Source: Lachnospiraceae bacterium UBA4711 (lineage in GTDB: Bacteria > Bacillota > Clostridia > Lachnospirales > Lachnospiraceae). Taken from it: a DNA stretch of 63,442 bases. Below the pieces are notes generated by a model. That model worked only from the letters and a program-made list of their open reading frames with translations, made no database searches and was not told where the DNA came from. A program made the translations under genes and the position numbers. The stretch is from positions 1-63,442 of the forward strand of contig DHJV01000111.1 in assembly GCA_002404515.1 (NCBI GenBank), in the 5' to 3' direction. Positions 45,561-56,298 of the stretch are shown in pieces (within the stretch, counting starts at the first letter, position 1; every line of letters starts with the position of its first letter).

Positions 45561-46649
45561 TTACTCCTCTTCCCAGTGATCCAGCTCGTACTTCAACGCC
45601 GCAAGCAGATTCTCCTGCGGAACCTTCTTAATGATCTCACCATGCTTCATCAGAAGTCCCTCACCATTGCCGCCTGCAATACCAAGATCAGCTTCCCTTG
45701 CCTCACCAGGTCCATTTACCGCGCATCCCATCACAGCAACTTTGATTGACAGATGGTCATAACCGGCAATCAGTTTCTCTACATCATTGGCAAGTCCGAT
45801 CAGGTCGATCTTTGTTCTGCCACAGGTCGGACAGGACACAAGTTCGATTCCATCCTTGCGCAGTCCCAGAGTCCGCAGAATCAGCTTCGCGGATGTGATT
45901 TCTTCAACCGGATCTCCCGTCAGAGATACGCGCATTGTATCGCCGATTCCCTGCCCTAAGATCAAACCGAGTCCCACCGCGGACTTAATATTGCCACGGT
46001 AGACCGTTCCTGCCTCTGTAATGCCGACATGCAAAGGATAGCTCGTCTGTTCTGCGATCAGTTCATGTGCATGTACACACATCATAACATCGGAGCTTTT
46101 GATACTGATTACAAGATTATCATAATCACATTCCTCGATCATCCGTACCTTGTCAAGTGCAGACTCCACGATACCTTCCGCTGTCACGCCTCCATATTTT
46201 TCAACCAGGTTTCGCTCTAAGGAACCGGAATTCACACCCACACGAATCGGAATATTCCGTTCCTTCGCAACTTTTACAACCTTTTTCAGATTTTCTTCTC
46301 CGCCGATATTTCCCGGATTGATTCGAATCTTATCTGCACCATATTCCATCGCAAGAATCGCCAGCCGATAATCAAAATGAATATCCGCTACGATTGGAAT
46401 ATGAATCTGTTCTTTAATCTTATCAAACGCTTTTGCAGCCGCTTCTGTATTCGCTGTGGATCGGATGATCTGACAGCCTGCCTTCTCCAGTTCCAGAATC
46501 TGTGCTACGGTTGCGTCTACATCGGATGTCTCTGTATTTGTCATAGACTGAATCGCGATCGGATTGCCACCGCCGATCACAACACCGCCAATATTTATCA
46601 TTCTCGTCGTATCTCTGTGTGGAAGTGTTTTTTTCGTTCCATATCTCAT
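45561..46649 (-). CDS. ispG: HMB-PP synthase (MEP pathway)
   Basis: IQSMTNT, ADIHFDY, RINPGNIG, SCPTCGRT, VAVMGCAVNGPGEA. Confidence 0.96.
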   Translation of the reverse strand: MRYGTKKTLPHRDTTRMINIGGVVIGGGNPIAIQSMTNTETSDVDATVAQILELEKAGCQIIRSTANTEAAAKAFDKIKEQIHIPIVADIHFDYRLAILAMEYGADKIRINPGNIGGEENLKKVVKVAKERNIPIRVGVNSGSLERNLVEKYGGVTAEGIVESALDKVRMIEECDYDNLVISIKSSDVMMCVHAHELIAEQTSYPLHVGITEAGTVYRGNIKSAVGLGLILGQGIGDTMRVSLTGDPVEEITSAKLILRTLGLRKDGIELVSCPTCGRTKIDLIGLANDVEKLIAGYDHLSIKVAVMGCAVNGPGEAREADLGIAGGNGEGLLMKHGEIIKKVPQENLLAALKYELDHWEEE

Positions 46650-46673
46650 AATCACAACCCCTTTTCTAACCCT

Positions 46674-47726
46674 TTAGAAAAATGCATTCTTAATATCATT
46701 AAAGAATACTACAACCATCAATACCATAAGCAGCGCAAATCCGATAAAATTCACAATTGCTTCCTTCTCCTGTGGAATCTTCTTCCTGCGGATTGCCTCA
46801 ATAAACAGGAACAGCAGTCTGCCGCCATCCAGTGCCGGAATCGGAAGCAGATTCATGATACCCAGATTCACGCTCAGCAAAATACTCCAGTTTAGAAGAT
46901 TCAGTATTACATTGATCACTGCCTCTTTCCGTGTTGTACTGATATCCTTTGCTTCTTCGATCACTTCGTTCATGGCACTTCCAACGCCGACTGGTCCCAT
47001 GATATCCCCATTTTTCACGCCACCTGTCACGATCATCCGAAGTCCCGTCACCGTCGCTTTCACCCAATATCGAAGCTCCAGGCCCGCATATTTGATGTCA
47101 TTTCCAAAGCCTGTGGACGCAACATAGCCTCCGGCAACTCCAAGTTTATAATTTCCTTCTTTGTCTACCTTCGGTGTTACAACAACAGATTCCTTTGAAC
47201 CATCTGCATGCTCAATCGAAAGTGTTACCGGTTTGGATGGATTTTCCGCCTGCATATAGAGTAAAATCTCTCGATAATTATAAATCTTCTTTCCATTAAT
47301 CGCTGTCACTGTATCTCCAACAACAATTCCGGCATCCTCCGCAGCAGAATGTTCTACCACGGTTGTAAGTCTGGCAGGGTCGCAACCAGTAAAATGTATC
47401 AAAATAATTGAAAGCAGAAATGCCAGAATAAAGTTGAACACAGGTCCTGCTGCAATCACCAAAATCCGTGCAAGCAGCGGCTTGTTGTTAAATGCATTCT
47501 CATCTTCGCTCTCGCCATCTTCCCCCATCATCATGCAGTATCCACCGATTGGCAGTAAACGCAGGGAATATTTCGTCTCCTTTTTCTGTATCGAAAAAAT
47601 AGCCGGTCCCATACCAATGGAAAACTCCATGACAGCAATCTTATTCATCTTTGCAACAATAAAGTGTCCAAACTCGTGAAAAAACACGATCACGCCAAAC
47701 ACTAATATAATCAGAATAATGTTCAT
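46674..47726 (-). CDS. rseP: RIP metalloprotease with PDZ domain
   Basis: HEFGH, PIGGYC, AGPVFN, NLLPIPALDGG. Confidence 0.93.
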   Translation of the reverse strand: MNIILIILVFGVIVFFHEFGHFIVAKMNKIAVMEFSIGMGPAIFSIQKKETKYSLRLLPIGGYCMMMGEDGESEDENAFNNKPLLARILVIAAGPVFNFILAFLLSIILIHFTGCDPARLTTVVEHSAAEDAGIVVGDTVTAINGKKIYNYREILLYMQAENPSKPVTLSIEHADGSKESVVVTPKVDKEGNYKLGVAGGYVASTGFGNDIKYAGLELRYWVKATVTGLRMIVTGGVKNGDIMGPVGVGSAMNEVIEEAKDISTTRKEAVINVILNLLNWSILLSVNLGIMNLLPIPALDGGRLLFLFIEAIRRKKIPQEKEAIVNFIGFALLMVLMVVVFFNDIKNAFF

Positions 47727-47753
47727 ACAATCTCCTTTTACGTCGAAACTCTA

Positions 47754-48899
47754 TCAACCGAATTGTCGTTCAATATAAGCATATACCCAGCGTTCCGTCC
47801 CCAGAATCTCTTCGAGCGTCGGATTCGCAATGGTCTTATGCTCCCCCATACAGGCTTCAATTATATCATAGATTTGTAAAAATTTTATGTCCTTGTGCAG
47901 GAACTTTGCAACTGCGCATTCATTTGCCGCATTGAGCACCGTCGGCATGGAACCACCGGTTTTAATTGCCTCATATGCAAAATCCAGTCCCTTGAATGTC
48001 TCTCTGTCTGGTTTGCTTGTGATGATTCCGGCAATCTTAGAGAAATCCAGACGATCACCAGCCAGATATCTACGTTCCGGATAATACAGCGCATACTGAA
48101 TTGGCAGACGCATATCTGCCGTTCCGAGCTGTGCCTTGATCGCACCATCCTCGAATTCCACCATTGAATGAATGATGCTCTGTGGCTGTACAACCACCTC
48201 GATATCCTCCGGCATCACATCAAACAGCCAGCGTGCTTCGATAACCTCCAGACCTTTGTTTACCAGTGTTGCAGAATCGATCGTAATCTTTCTTCCCATC
48301 GACCAGTTCGGATGCTTGAGTGCATCCTCCACTGTAACGTCCTTTAACTCTTCTCTTGTCTTTCCGAGGAATGGCCCACCCGATGCTGTGATCAGAAGCT
48401 TTGCAATCTTATTTTCCCTTTCCCCGTGCAGGCACTGGAATATCGCAGAATGCTCACTGTCTACCGGAAGAATCCGGACATGGTATTCCTCTGCCAGTTT
48501 CATAATCAGGTGTCCGGCCGTTACCAGTGTCTCCTTGTTTGCAAGTGCGATATCTTTTCCCGCCTTGATTGCCTCAATCGTCGGACGGATTCCGATCATA
48601 CCAACGATTGCTGTCACGACAAGCTCCGCTGGTTCATATGTAGCAGCTGCAATCAGTCCATCCATACCATAAACAATCTTACAATTAAAATCAGACAAGG
48701 CAATCCGTAACGCATCTGCCTTGTCTTTGCTTTGTACACTTACAAGTGCCGGCTTGAATTCCCGCACCTGTTTTTCCAGTAATTCTATATTATTTCCTGC
48801 TGCTAAGGCACCGACACGGATATCCGCATTGGCACGCACGACGTCGAGCGTCTGTGTACCAATCGAACCGGTCGAGCCGATAATCGCGATTGTTCTCAC
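47754..48899 (-). CDS. dxr: 1-deoxy-D-xylulose-5-phosphate reductoisomerase
   Basis: GSTGSIG, LANKETL, PVDSEHSA, HPNWSMG, NAANE; GTG start overlapping the cdsA stop. Confidence 0.96.
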   Translation of the reverse strand: MRTIAIIGSTGSIGTQTLDVVRANADIRVGALAAGNNIELLEKQVREFKPALVSVQSKDKADALRIALSDFNCKIVYGMDGLIAAATYEPAELVVTAIVGMIGIRPTIEAIKAGKDIALANKETLVTAGHLIMKLAEEYHVRILPVDSEHSAIFQCLHGERENKIAKLLITASGGPFLGKTREELKDVTVEDALKHPNWSMGRKITIDSATLVNKGLEVIEARWLFDVMPEDIEVVVQPQSIIHSMVEFEDGAIKAQLGTADMRLPIQYALYYPERRYLAGDRLDFSKIAGIITSKPDRETFKGLDFAYEAIKTGGSMPTVLNAANECAVAKFLHKDIKFLQIYDIIEACMGEHKTIANPTLEEILGTERWVYAYIERQFG

Positions 48900-49717
48900 A
48901 TTGCGCCTCCTAAGTTTCCAATCATAATTGAAAAGCAATAATATACAATTGGTGCTGTAAAGATAATACTGTCAAACCGATCCATGATACCTCCATGTCC
49001 CGGAATCAGTTTTCCGTAGTCTTTGATATCGTTGTTTCGTTTGATGGCGGATGCGGTCAGATCTCCAATCACTGCAAATCCGGCGCCCACAGCACCTGCT
49101 ACCGCAAAAATAAGTGGTGCATTTGTTAATTCATATACTTTTGCATTGAAGAATATTCCATACAATGCTCCAATCAGTGCAGAACCGAAAATACCACCCA
49201 GCAATCCTTCCACACTCTTCTTCGGGCTGAGCTTCGGTGACATCTTATGTTTTCCAAACTTCACGCCGACACAATAAGCAAATGTATCATTGATCCATGA
49301 ACAGATATATACCATCACGACCAAAGCCCCACCATATTTCAGGATACGAACCTGATACAGGAACGACAGCAGCAACGAAACATAGAAAAATGCCAAGATT
49401 GCAACCATTGCATCTTTGTCCGTGTGCTTTGGATATGTGACTACATAAACCGCTAAAACCAATAACACATACAGGATCATAAGTGGCAGAAGGTACTTCT
49501 CCAAATGGAAGAACAGGAAGCAATAATATGCGATCGTCATCAGATAAGCAAGCACTGCCATCGCAGTTTTCTCCTGCTTATAGACGCGCATCAGCTCGAA
49601 CACGCCGCCTAAACTCAAAAGCATAACCGCCACTCCGGTTACATAACCACCCAAATATAAAATTCCAATTGTGAGCAGTGTAAGCACTGCACCACTGATA
49701 AAACGTGTTTTAAACAT
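48896..49717 (-). CDS. cdsA: Phosphatidate cytidylyltransferase
   Basis: SPKKSVEG, GDLTASAIKR...KDYG.LIPGHGGIMDRFDS. Confidence 0.95.
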   Translation of the reverse strand: MFKTRFISGAVLTLLTIGILYLGGYVTGVAVMLLSLGGVFELMRVYKQEKTAMAVLAYLMTIAYYCFLFFHLEKYLLPLMILYVLLVLAVYVVTYPKHTDKDAMVAILAFFYVSLLLSFLYQVRILKYGGALVVMVYICSWINDTFAYCVGVKFGKHKMSPKLSPKKSVEGLLGGIFGSALIGALYGIFFNAKVYELTNAPLIFAVAGAVGAGFAVIGDLTASAIKRNNDIKDYGKLIPGHGGIMDRFDSIIFTAPIVYYCFSIMIGNLGGAM

Positions 49718-49720
49718 AGT

Positions 49721-50449
49721 TTATTTTACTCCACCAAATCTTCGCTCTCTACCATTGTAATACCGGACTGCTTCTTTCAATGATTCCTTGTTAAAATCCG
49801 GCCACAAGGTATCTGTGAAATAGAATTCTGCATAGGCAAGCTGCCAGATCAGATAATTTGATAACCGCAGTTCTCCGCTTGTGCGGATCAGCAGATCCGG
49901 ATCCGGAAGATCTGCTGTGTCCAGATGCTTCGATATCACATCCTCCGTGATTTCTTCCGGTGCAAGTGTTCCTTCCTGTACCTCTTTTGCAAGCTTTGTC
50001 ATCGTCCGGCGCAGTTCATCCCTGCCACCATAGTTCAATGCAATCGTAAAATCCAGTTTGTCAAACTTCGCTGTCTCACGCTCTGCATGTTCAAGCATCT
50101 CCACAATATCCGCGTCAAGCGCACTCCGGTCTCCGATCACACGAATCCGCAGTCCATCCTTTGTGGCACGCTCCACACAATTTGTGAGATAACTGCGAAG
50201 CAGATTCATGATTCCGTTCACTTCCTCTGTCGAACGTTTCCAGTTCTCCGTGGAAAATGCATACACCGTCAGATAGCGGATTCCCAGATCCGCCGCATCC
50301 CGGCAGATCTGTTCCAACACCTTTGCACCCTGTCTGTGTCCCATGTTACGTGGTAGCAGGCGTTTCTTCGCCCACCTGCCATTGCCATCCATAATGATTG
50401 CTACATGGGTAGGTATTTCCAATTCTTCTCCATCAATGATTTTCTTCAT
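49721..50449 (-). CDS. uppS: Undecaprenyl diphosphate synthase
   Basis: HVAIIMDGNGRWA, FSTENW, NYGGR, RTSGELRLSN. Confidence 0.96.
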   Translation of the reverse strand: MKKIIDGEELEIPTHVAIIMDGNGRWAKKRLLPRNMGHRQGAKVLEQICRDAADLGIRYLTVYAFSTENWKRSTEEVNGIMNLLRSYLTNCVERATKDGLRIRVIGDRSALDADIVEMLEHAERETAKFDKLDFTIALNYGGRDELRRTMTKLAKEVQEGTLAPEEITEDVISKHLDTADLPDPDLLIRTSGELRLSNYLIWQLAYAEFYFTDTLWPDFNKESLKEAVRYYNGRERRFGGVK

Positions 50450-50452
50450 AGC

Positions 50453-50998
50453 TTATACTGTCATGATTTCCTTTGTCTTTGTCTCGATTTCCTGATCAAC
50501 CTGTGCCACATACTTGTCTGTCATCTTCTGAACCTTCTCTTCATTGCCCTTGAGTTCATCGTCAGACATCTCTGCTGCCTTGTTTGCCTTCTTCAATGCA
50601 TCGTTTGCATCACGACGGATATTACGGATTGCAACCTTTGCATTCTCGCCCTTCTTCTTAACGTCCTTTGCAAGCTCTTTTCTTCGATCCTCTGTCAGCT
50701 CTGGGAAGTTGATAATAATGTTCTTGCCATCGTTGTTCGGATTGATACCAAGATCAGAACATACAATTGCTTTCTCGATCTCCTTAATCAGACTTGACTC
50801 CCAAGGTGAGATCATGATTGTTCTTGCCTCCGGAACTGTGATATTTGCCACCTGCTGCAATGGTGTAGGTGCTCCGTAATAAAGTACTGTGATACGATCC
50901 AGAATATGTGGGTTTGCACGTCCTGCACGGATTGTGCTGTATTCCTTCTCCAGGCTCTCAATTGTCTTCTTCATCTTCTCTTCATACTGTGCTAACAT
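50453..50998 (-). CDS. frr: Ribosome recycling factor
   Basis: IRAGRANP, LGINPNNDG, KVAIRNIRRD; GGAGG RBS. Confidence 0.96.
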   Translation of the reverse strand: MLAQYEEKMKKTIESLEKEYSTIRAGRANPHILDRITVLYYGAPTPLQQVANITVPEARTIMISPWESSLIKEIEKAIVCSDLGINPNNDGKNIIINFPELTEDRRKELAKDVKKKGENAKVAIRNIRRDANDALKKANKAAEMSDDELKGNEEKVQKMTDKYVAQVDQEIETKTKEIMTV

Positions 50999-51053
50999 TT
51001 TTCTTCCTCCAAATATAATATACTTTTCTGTCATCCTGACATGTAACAATCTC

Positions 51054-51758
51054 TTACTCTACTGTCACGGTTGTTCCGGTAAATCCGCCTGTCACCGCTT
51101 TCTCGATACTGTTTGTATCGTTCAGTCCAAACAGCATCATTGGCATCTTGTTCTCCATTGCAAGCACAGCGGCCGCAAGATCGATCACACCAAGCTTCTT
51201 ATCCACGATCTCTGAGATTGGCATCGTGTCATATTTTTTTGCATTCGGATTCGTCTTTGGATCACTGTCATACACACCATCAATCGCTTTCGCAGAGAGG
51301 ATGACATCTGCCTCTACCTCGATTGCCATAAGCACAGTTGCCGTATCCGTCGAGAAGTATGGATGTCCGGTTCCACCCGCGAAAAATACAACCTCACCAT
51401 TCTCCAGATACTCGATTGCCTTGTCCTTGTTAAAAAGCTCTGTCATGCTGCCACAGGCAAACGGTGTCATGATATGTGTCTTCAATCCCTCTGCGCGCAT
51501 CGCATCAGCTGCATAGATGCAGTTCATCACAGTTGCCAGCATGCCAATCTGGTCTGCCTTTACACGATCCATGTTATCGGATGTTCTGCCTCTCCAGAAA
51601 TTTCCTCCGCCGATTACAATACTTACCTGAATATGCTTATCGCAGATTGCCTTTACCTGCTTTGCCACATCACGGACAACTGCCTCATCAAATCCGGTAT
51701 GCTTTTCTCCAGCAAGTGCCTCACCGGAAAGTTTCAATAAAATTCTGTCCATCTTCAT
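51054..51758 (-). CDS. pyrH: UMP kinase
   Basis: LLKLSGEAL, GGGNFWRG, GTGHPYFSTD, DGVYDSDP. Confidence 0.96.
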   Translation of the reverse strand: MKMDRILLKLSGEALAGEKHTGFDEAVVRDVAKQVKAICDKHIQVSIVIGGGNFWRGRTSDNMDRVKADQIGMLATVMNCIYAADAMRAEGLKTHIMTPFACGSMTELFNKDKAIEYLENGEVVFFAGGTGHPYFSTDTATVLMAIEVEADVILSAKAIDGVYDSDPKTNPNAKKYDTMPISEIVDKKLGVIDLAAAVLAMENKMPMMLFGLNDTNSIEKAVTGGFTGTTVTVE

Positions 51759-51779
51759 CGTTTGATACTCCTCTTCGTT

Positions 51780-52940
51780 TTATTCAAAAAAGCTCTTAAC
51801 ATCAATCTCCGAATAGCACTGTGAACACATTCCCTCGATCACTGCACCGTTGTTGATCTGTACGGATCTTGACTTTATATTTCCCATAATTACCGCAGTC
51901 GAATCCACAATTACAGGTCCCTGTACATCGATATCGCCCTTGACTGCTCCCGCGATTACGGCAGAACCTGCAAATACATTTCCTACAACAACCGTTCCTA
52001 CGCCGATCTTTGCTGCATCCACAACGTGTACATCGCCCTCAATTCTTGCTGCGTTCGCATACAACTCACCAACCTGTACATCTCCGGTAATTGAACCGCC
52101 CACGATCAGCTTTCCATCACAGCTGACTGCGCCGTTGACCGTTCCGATCAGATCGATACAGCCATCCGTCTGCAAATCACCGTTGATGACTGTTGTCTTT
52201 GTAATGTAGGTTGTATCCGCCTCCACGAGAGAACCAACATCTGTCTTTTCTTCTGTTGCCGTATCCATGGTTGTCTCCATTGCTGTATCCTCCTGTACGC
52301 GTTCATTTTCCATCTGTGTCTCTTCCTCTGCCTGCTTCGCCAAGGTGTCCTCCACAGCCTTCTCCAGATCTGCTGTCAGAAAATTCTGCAGTTCTTCCTG
52401 CTTGTTCTCTGTCTCCGGCTCGGTCAAAAGTGCTTCTTCCGTATGTTCCAGCATATTTCCCTCATCAAGTGCATCGAGTGACTTTAACTCATCTGTCTCT
52501 TCTGCCACATCCTCTGATTTCTCAGTGCCGGTCTCTGTCACCGTCTCCGCCTGCAAATACTCGGTATCCGGTTTTGGCTCCAGCTCATCCTCCGAGAATG
52601 GCTCCGGTTCCATTTCCAGCTCATCCTGAATCACCTCTGCCTCCGGCACGGTATCAAACACAGAAGTTTCTTCCGCCGGCTTATCCTTCTCGGTCGTCTC
52701 TACATTGGAGAATTGCTCCAGATTGTCAGATGCTTCCGGCATCTCTGGCTCCGGTCTGTCAATCCGGATCTCATCGAGATCCTCCAGCAGATCTTCCGGT
52801 GCGACCTCCATCTGGTCATTTTCGTCAAATGTATTTACCATATCTTCATCGTCGTATTCTGCGCCAAGTTCATCCTTGTCCGGCATAAGCTCATTGACTG
52901 CCTGCGCAAAATCGCGCTTGAAATCTTTAAAAAATCCCAT
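51780..52940 (-). CDS. Bactofilin (polymer-forming cytoskeletal protein) with long acidic N-terminal region
   Basis: C-terminal beta-helix repeats 'TYITKTTVINGDL...G.V.G.V...GAVIEG'; conserved-looking N-terminal MGFFKDFKRDFAQAVNEL. Confidence 0.85.
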   Translation of the reverse strand: MGFFKDFKRDFAQAVNELMPDKDELGAEYDDEDMVNTFDENDQMEVAPEDLLEDLDEIRIDRPEPEMPEASDNLEQFSNVETTEKDKPAEETSVFDTVPEAEVIQDELEMEPEPFSEDELEPKPDTEYLQAETVTETGTEKSEDVAEETDELKSLDALDEGNMLEHTEEALLTEPETENKQEELQNFLTADLEKAVEDTLAKQAEEETQMENERVQEDTAMETTMDTATEEKTDVGSLVEADTTYITKTTVINGDLQTDGCIDLIGTVNGAVSCDGKLIVGGSITGDVQVGELYANAARIEGDVHVVDAAKIGVGTVVVGNVFAGSAVIAGAVKGDIDVQGPVIVDSTAVIMGNIKSRSVQINNGAVIEGMCSQCYSEIDVKSFFE

Positions 52941-52998
52941 GTAGACTTCCTCCTTGTCTCATCTTTTCATTATACACCATGCCTACTCTGAAATCAAT

Positions 52999-55356
52999 TT
53001 ATTGACTCTGCTTTTCCGTAATTCTTCCATTTTCACAATCGAGACACATAATCCGCATCCGGTGAATGCGCTGGTATATCTTCTCTCCACAGCCGATGGC
53101 TGCCGGAATCCCAAACTCCGCGCACCGAATTGCCATATGCGATGCCGCGCCGCCATATTTTGTCACAAATCCGGCAATATCCTTCGCAAAAATCCAGTCA
53201 TATCCAGGGTCTGCTTTCGTAAGCACTACAATCTTTCCTGTGATATCGGAATCATGATTCTCATCGAGATTGACGATTGGTGCCTCCACAACCTTGTTCG
53301 TGATGAAATTCGGTCTTGCCTCATCAATATCAATGACATCAATATCACCAACATCGAAGATGACCTCCGGTAATACGAGGTACGAATTTACATGATAAAA
53401 CCGCCGTCGTGTCTCAATCGTCTGAATATAGGAATCCCGGCTGTGATAGCTTAAGAGATCCTGAATTTCCAGATAAGACATATCTTCCCTGGCAATTGCC
53501 ATCACCTCACCAAGTTTTACAATCACATCCAGCATCAGTGACAGTGACTTCGTAAACTCAAATTTAAAATATTCGCGGTTCTGTGTTGCCGTCTTGATAA
53601 ATTCAATGAACTTCTCTGGTGTAACCGGAATACCTGCCTCATCCAAAGCAACCTGTAACCGTTCCAGATCGAGGCTTTTTGCTTCCTGCTTTACCTTATT
53701 GTTTCCTGTCAGATTGGCAGATGCCACATCAAAATAAATATTCCGATAGCTGTCTGAACGGATATCGTACGTACCAAGTCTCAAATGTCCATACAGATGA
53801 TTGAAATCATCCCGGCTCAGCTTGCCATGGCTGTATAAGTCAAAATCGCGCTCAAACTCCGAAGCGACCGTTGGAATGGACAACATAAAATCATCCATCT
53901 CCTGCTTCGTAAAATATCCTTTTTCCACCAGCGTCCGGCAAAAGCTCCGCGCCATAAATGCACAGCGCGCCTGTCTTGTAAACTGCGGTGTTCCATGATC
54001 CTTGATCGAATCAAGCAATTCGTCAATGTAGCTGTACAGCTTCATGACATTTGTCTCCGCAAGCGGTGTATGCTTCCGAAGCTCATGACGCAGCTCTGTG
54101 AGCTGTCCCAATGACCGCAGATCCTCCTCGCAGATTTCATCGTAATGTTCTAACGTCTGCTTTGCAATCTCAAACAATGCATTTCGAAGCTGGGAGATCT
54201 CCGCATCATCAAAACCATATTCCGTAAGTTCCTTCAGACGCGTGTCCGTCATAAAATCATAAGTGTTGAAAATAATCTCAAATTCAATCTTATCGTGTGC
54301 GGTCTTATCCCGTCTTAATTTCTGCTCATAATACTGATTCAGCTTATAGCACAGATCCTCCGGCAATCCTGCCGGTGTCAGGCCATCAAATGTATAATTC
54401 ACCGATATATACGGCTTATTGCCAACCTTCTGCATCAGTTCTCCCCGCACCGGCTGATAGCCTAGTGGCTGCAGACCTGCTGACCAGATGTGTGCCGTGA
54501 TTAGTTCCCGGTACAGGGAGTAGTCAAGCGGTCTTGGATTGCTGCCGATAATCTCCGCCGGATTCCAGAATGCCATATCGGAAAGGATGTGGAATGTATC
54601 GAGATATTTACACTTTGCAAGCGCTTTTGTATCCTTGAATTCCCGGTCTGTCATCGGTGCAATAATCTTCAATGCAGCCGCCAGTGGACGCACCTGGAAA
54701 ATCACAACCGTTCCATCTTCCAGAATTGCGAATTCAATATCAAGTGCTGAAACATACTCATAAATTTTTTCAATTTCTTTGACTGCCGTCAGCAAATCTA
54801 CAAACTCATATTCCAAGAACTCTCTGGATGCATTTTTTGCAATCCATTTTGTCTTGCCACGGACACCACTTGTCACAGAATCCGTGCTTCCATTATCATC
54901 ATACGTTACCATATAATACGGACGGTTATATATAATATCCCGTGTGAAAACAACACCCGAAATCCGTACATGGTCAGTCTGCCTCTGAACCAAAACCTCT
55001 TCGTTTGACTCGATCAGCTTCTGTTTTGCTTCTTCTGTGAAATCTCCCTCCACATAAGAGCGGTACACCGTCTCGATCGCCTCTGTGATTGCTGCATCGT
55101 TCGATGCATCAACCCCGAGTACACTCTCAAAGTGTCCGGCATTGCTCGTCTCCAGATTATCCTCACTTCTTGAGGAGCTTCGCACAACGATCGTCTCTCC
55201 GGTAAACTGTTCCTTGATCGCCGCTATCACACCTGCCGGATTTCCAAAGAAATCCGCCGCATATACAATGCTTAATTCCTCAATATAGGAATGCTTTACA
55301 ATTTCACGCAGATCAGCCAAAGTATCCGCTTTGGTCGATATCAAATATTCCTTCAT
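52999..55356 (-). CDS. PEP-utilising/PPDK-like enzyme resembling Cj1418-type L-glutamine kinase
   Basis: N-terminal STKADTL, VRSS..ED...SNAG.F.S ATP-grasp, DIEFA, QVRPL; C-terminal phospho-His swivel ADPGYDW...ASHMAIRCAEFGIPAAIGCGE. Confidence 0.75.
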   Translation of the reverse strand: MKEYLISTKADTLADLREIVKHSYIEELSIVYAADFFGNPAGVIAAIKEQFTGETIVVRSSSRSEDNLETSNAGHFESVLGVDASNDAAITEAIETVYRSYVEGDFTEEAKQKLIESNEEVLVQRQTDHVRISGVVFTRDIIYNRPYYMVTYDDNGSTDSVTSGVRGKTKWIAKNASREFLEYEFVDLLTAVKEIEKIYEYVSALDIEFAILEDGTVVIFQVRPLAAALKIIAPMTDREFKDTKALAKCKYLDTFHILSDMAFWNPAEIIGSNPRPLDYSLYRELITAHIWSAGLQPLGYQPVRGELMQKVGNKPYISVNYTFDGLTPAGLPEDLCYKLNQYYEQKLRRDKTAHDKIEFEIIFNTYDFMTDTRLKELTEYGFDDAEISQLRNALFEIAKQTLEHYDEICEEDLRSLGQLTELRHELRKHTPLAETNVMKLYSYIDELLDSIKDHGTPQFTRQARCAFMARSFCRTLVEKGYFTKQEMDDFMLSIPTVASEFERDFDLYSHGKLSRDDFNHLYGHLRLGTYDIRSDSYRNIYFDVASANLTGNNKVKQEAKSLDLERLQVALDEAGIPVTPEKFIEFIKTATQNREYFKFEFTKSLSLMLDVIVKLGEVMAIAREDMSYLEIQDLLSYHSRDSYIQTIETRRRFYHVNSYLVLPEVIFDVGDIDVIDIDEARPNFITNKVVEAPIVNLDENHDSDITGKIVVLTKADPGYDWIFAKDIAGFVTKYGGAASHMAIRCAEFGIPAAIGCGEKIYQRIHRMRIMCLDCENGRITEKQSQ

Positions 55357-55371
55357 CTTCTGCCCTTCATT

Positions 55372-56181
55372 CTACAATACAAACTTCTTAATCACTTCTA
55401 CCAGTCCATCCTCGTCGCAGGAAGCTGTCACATAATCAGCGGCATCCTTTACGACCTGCTGTGCATTTCCCATCGCAACACCGACACCCGCATATTCCAC
55501 CATCGTCTTGTCGTTGAAACCATCGCCACAACAGATACACTGTTCCCTTGTCATGCCAATATGCTCCAGAAGCCGTGCGATGGATTCTGCCTTATCCACA
55601 CCCTTTACCGTAATCTCAATGAAATACGGTTCGGACCGGAATACATTCAAATCCGGTGCAACGAGTGCCGCAAGCTCCTTCTCATACTTTTCTGCGGTCT
55701 CTGGCTCGGCTGTCATCAGGCACTTAATCATATCGAAATCCACAACCCCGAGAAAATCATCCACCTGGCATAATTCCATATGATTCAGTCGTGCCTCAAA
55801 CTCCATATAGCCATCGGTATCCGTTCCGGTAATCACCTGATTGCCCTTGTATGTGACCATACCAATATGGTGTTTCTTTGCAAATTCATAGAGAATCTTT
55901 GCATACCGGTTTGGAATTGCCTTTGTGTAGATCACTTCCTGTGTCGCACACGAAATCACTTTTCCACCATTGAAACTCAGTGCATAACCGCCATGCTCCG
56001 CAAGTTCTAAAGCATCGGAATACTGCTTCAACCCCGGAAACGGTCTGCCCGATGCCAGTGCCACAATATGTCCCTGCTCCTGTATCAGCTTCAGATATTT
56101 CAACGTCTCCGGTGTAATCTTTTTCTCTGAATTCACAAGTGTACCATCAATATCTAATACTAAAATCTTTCTATCTGTCAT
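55372..56181 (-). CDS. Cof-type HAD-IIB hydrolase
   Basis: LDIDGTL, ASGR, KGVDKA, GDGFND, VAMGNA. Confidence 0.93.
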   Translation of the reverse strand: MTDRKILVLDIDGTLVNSEKKITPETLKYLKLIQEQGHIVALASGRPFPGLKQYSDALELAEHGGYALSFNGGKVISCATQEVIYTKAIPNRYAKILYEFAKKHHIGMVTYKGNQVITGTDTDGYMEFEARLNHMELCQVDDFLGVVDFDMIKCLMTAEPETAEKYEKELAALVAPDLNVFRSEPYFIEITVKGVDKAESIARLLEHIGMTREQCICCGDGFNDKTMVEYAGVGVAMGNAQQVVKDAADYVTASCDEDGLVEVIKKFVL

Positions 56182-56298
56182 AATTATCCTCTATCAGCAT
56201 ATTTTCATTTCATGCCATTGCAATATACTCCTGGGCACGGTTATATTTATTTTACCATTTTCAGGGACATATGAAAAGAAGTATGTTATAATATTTCT

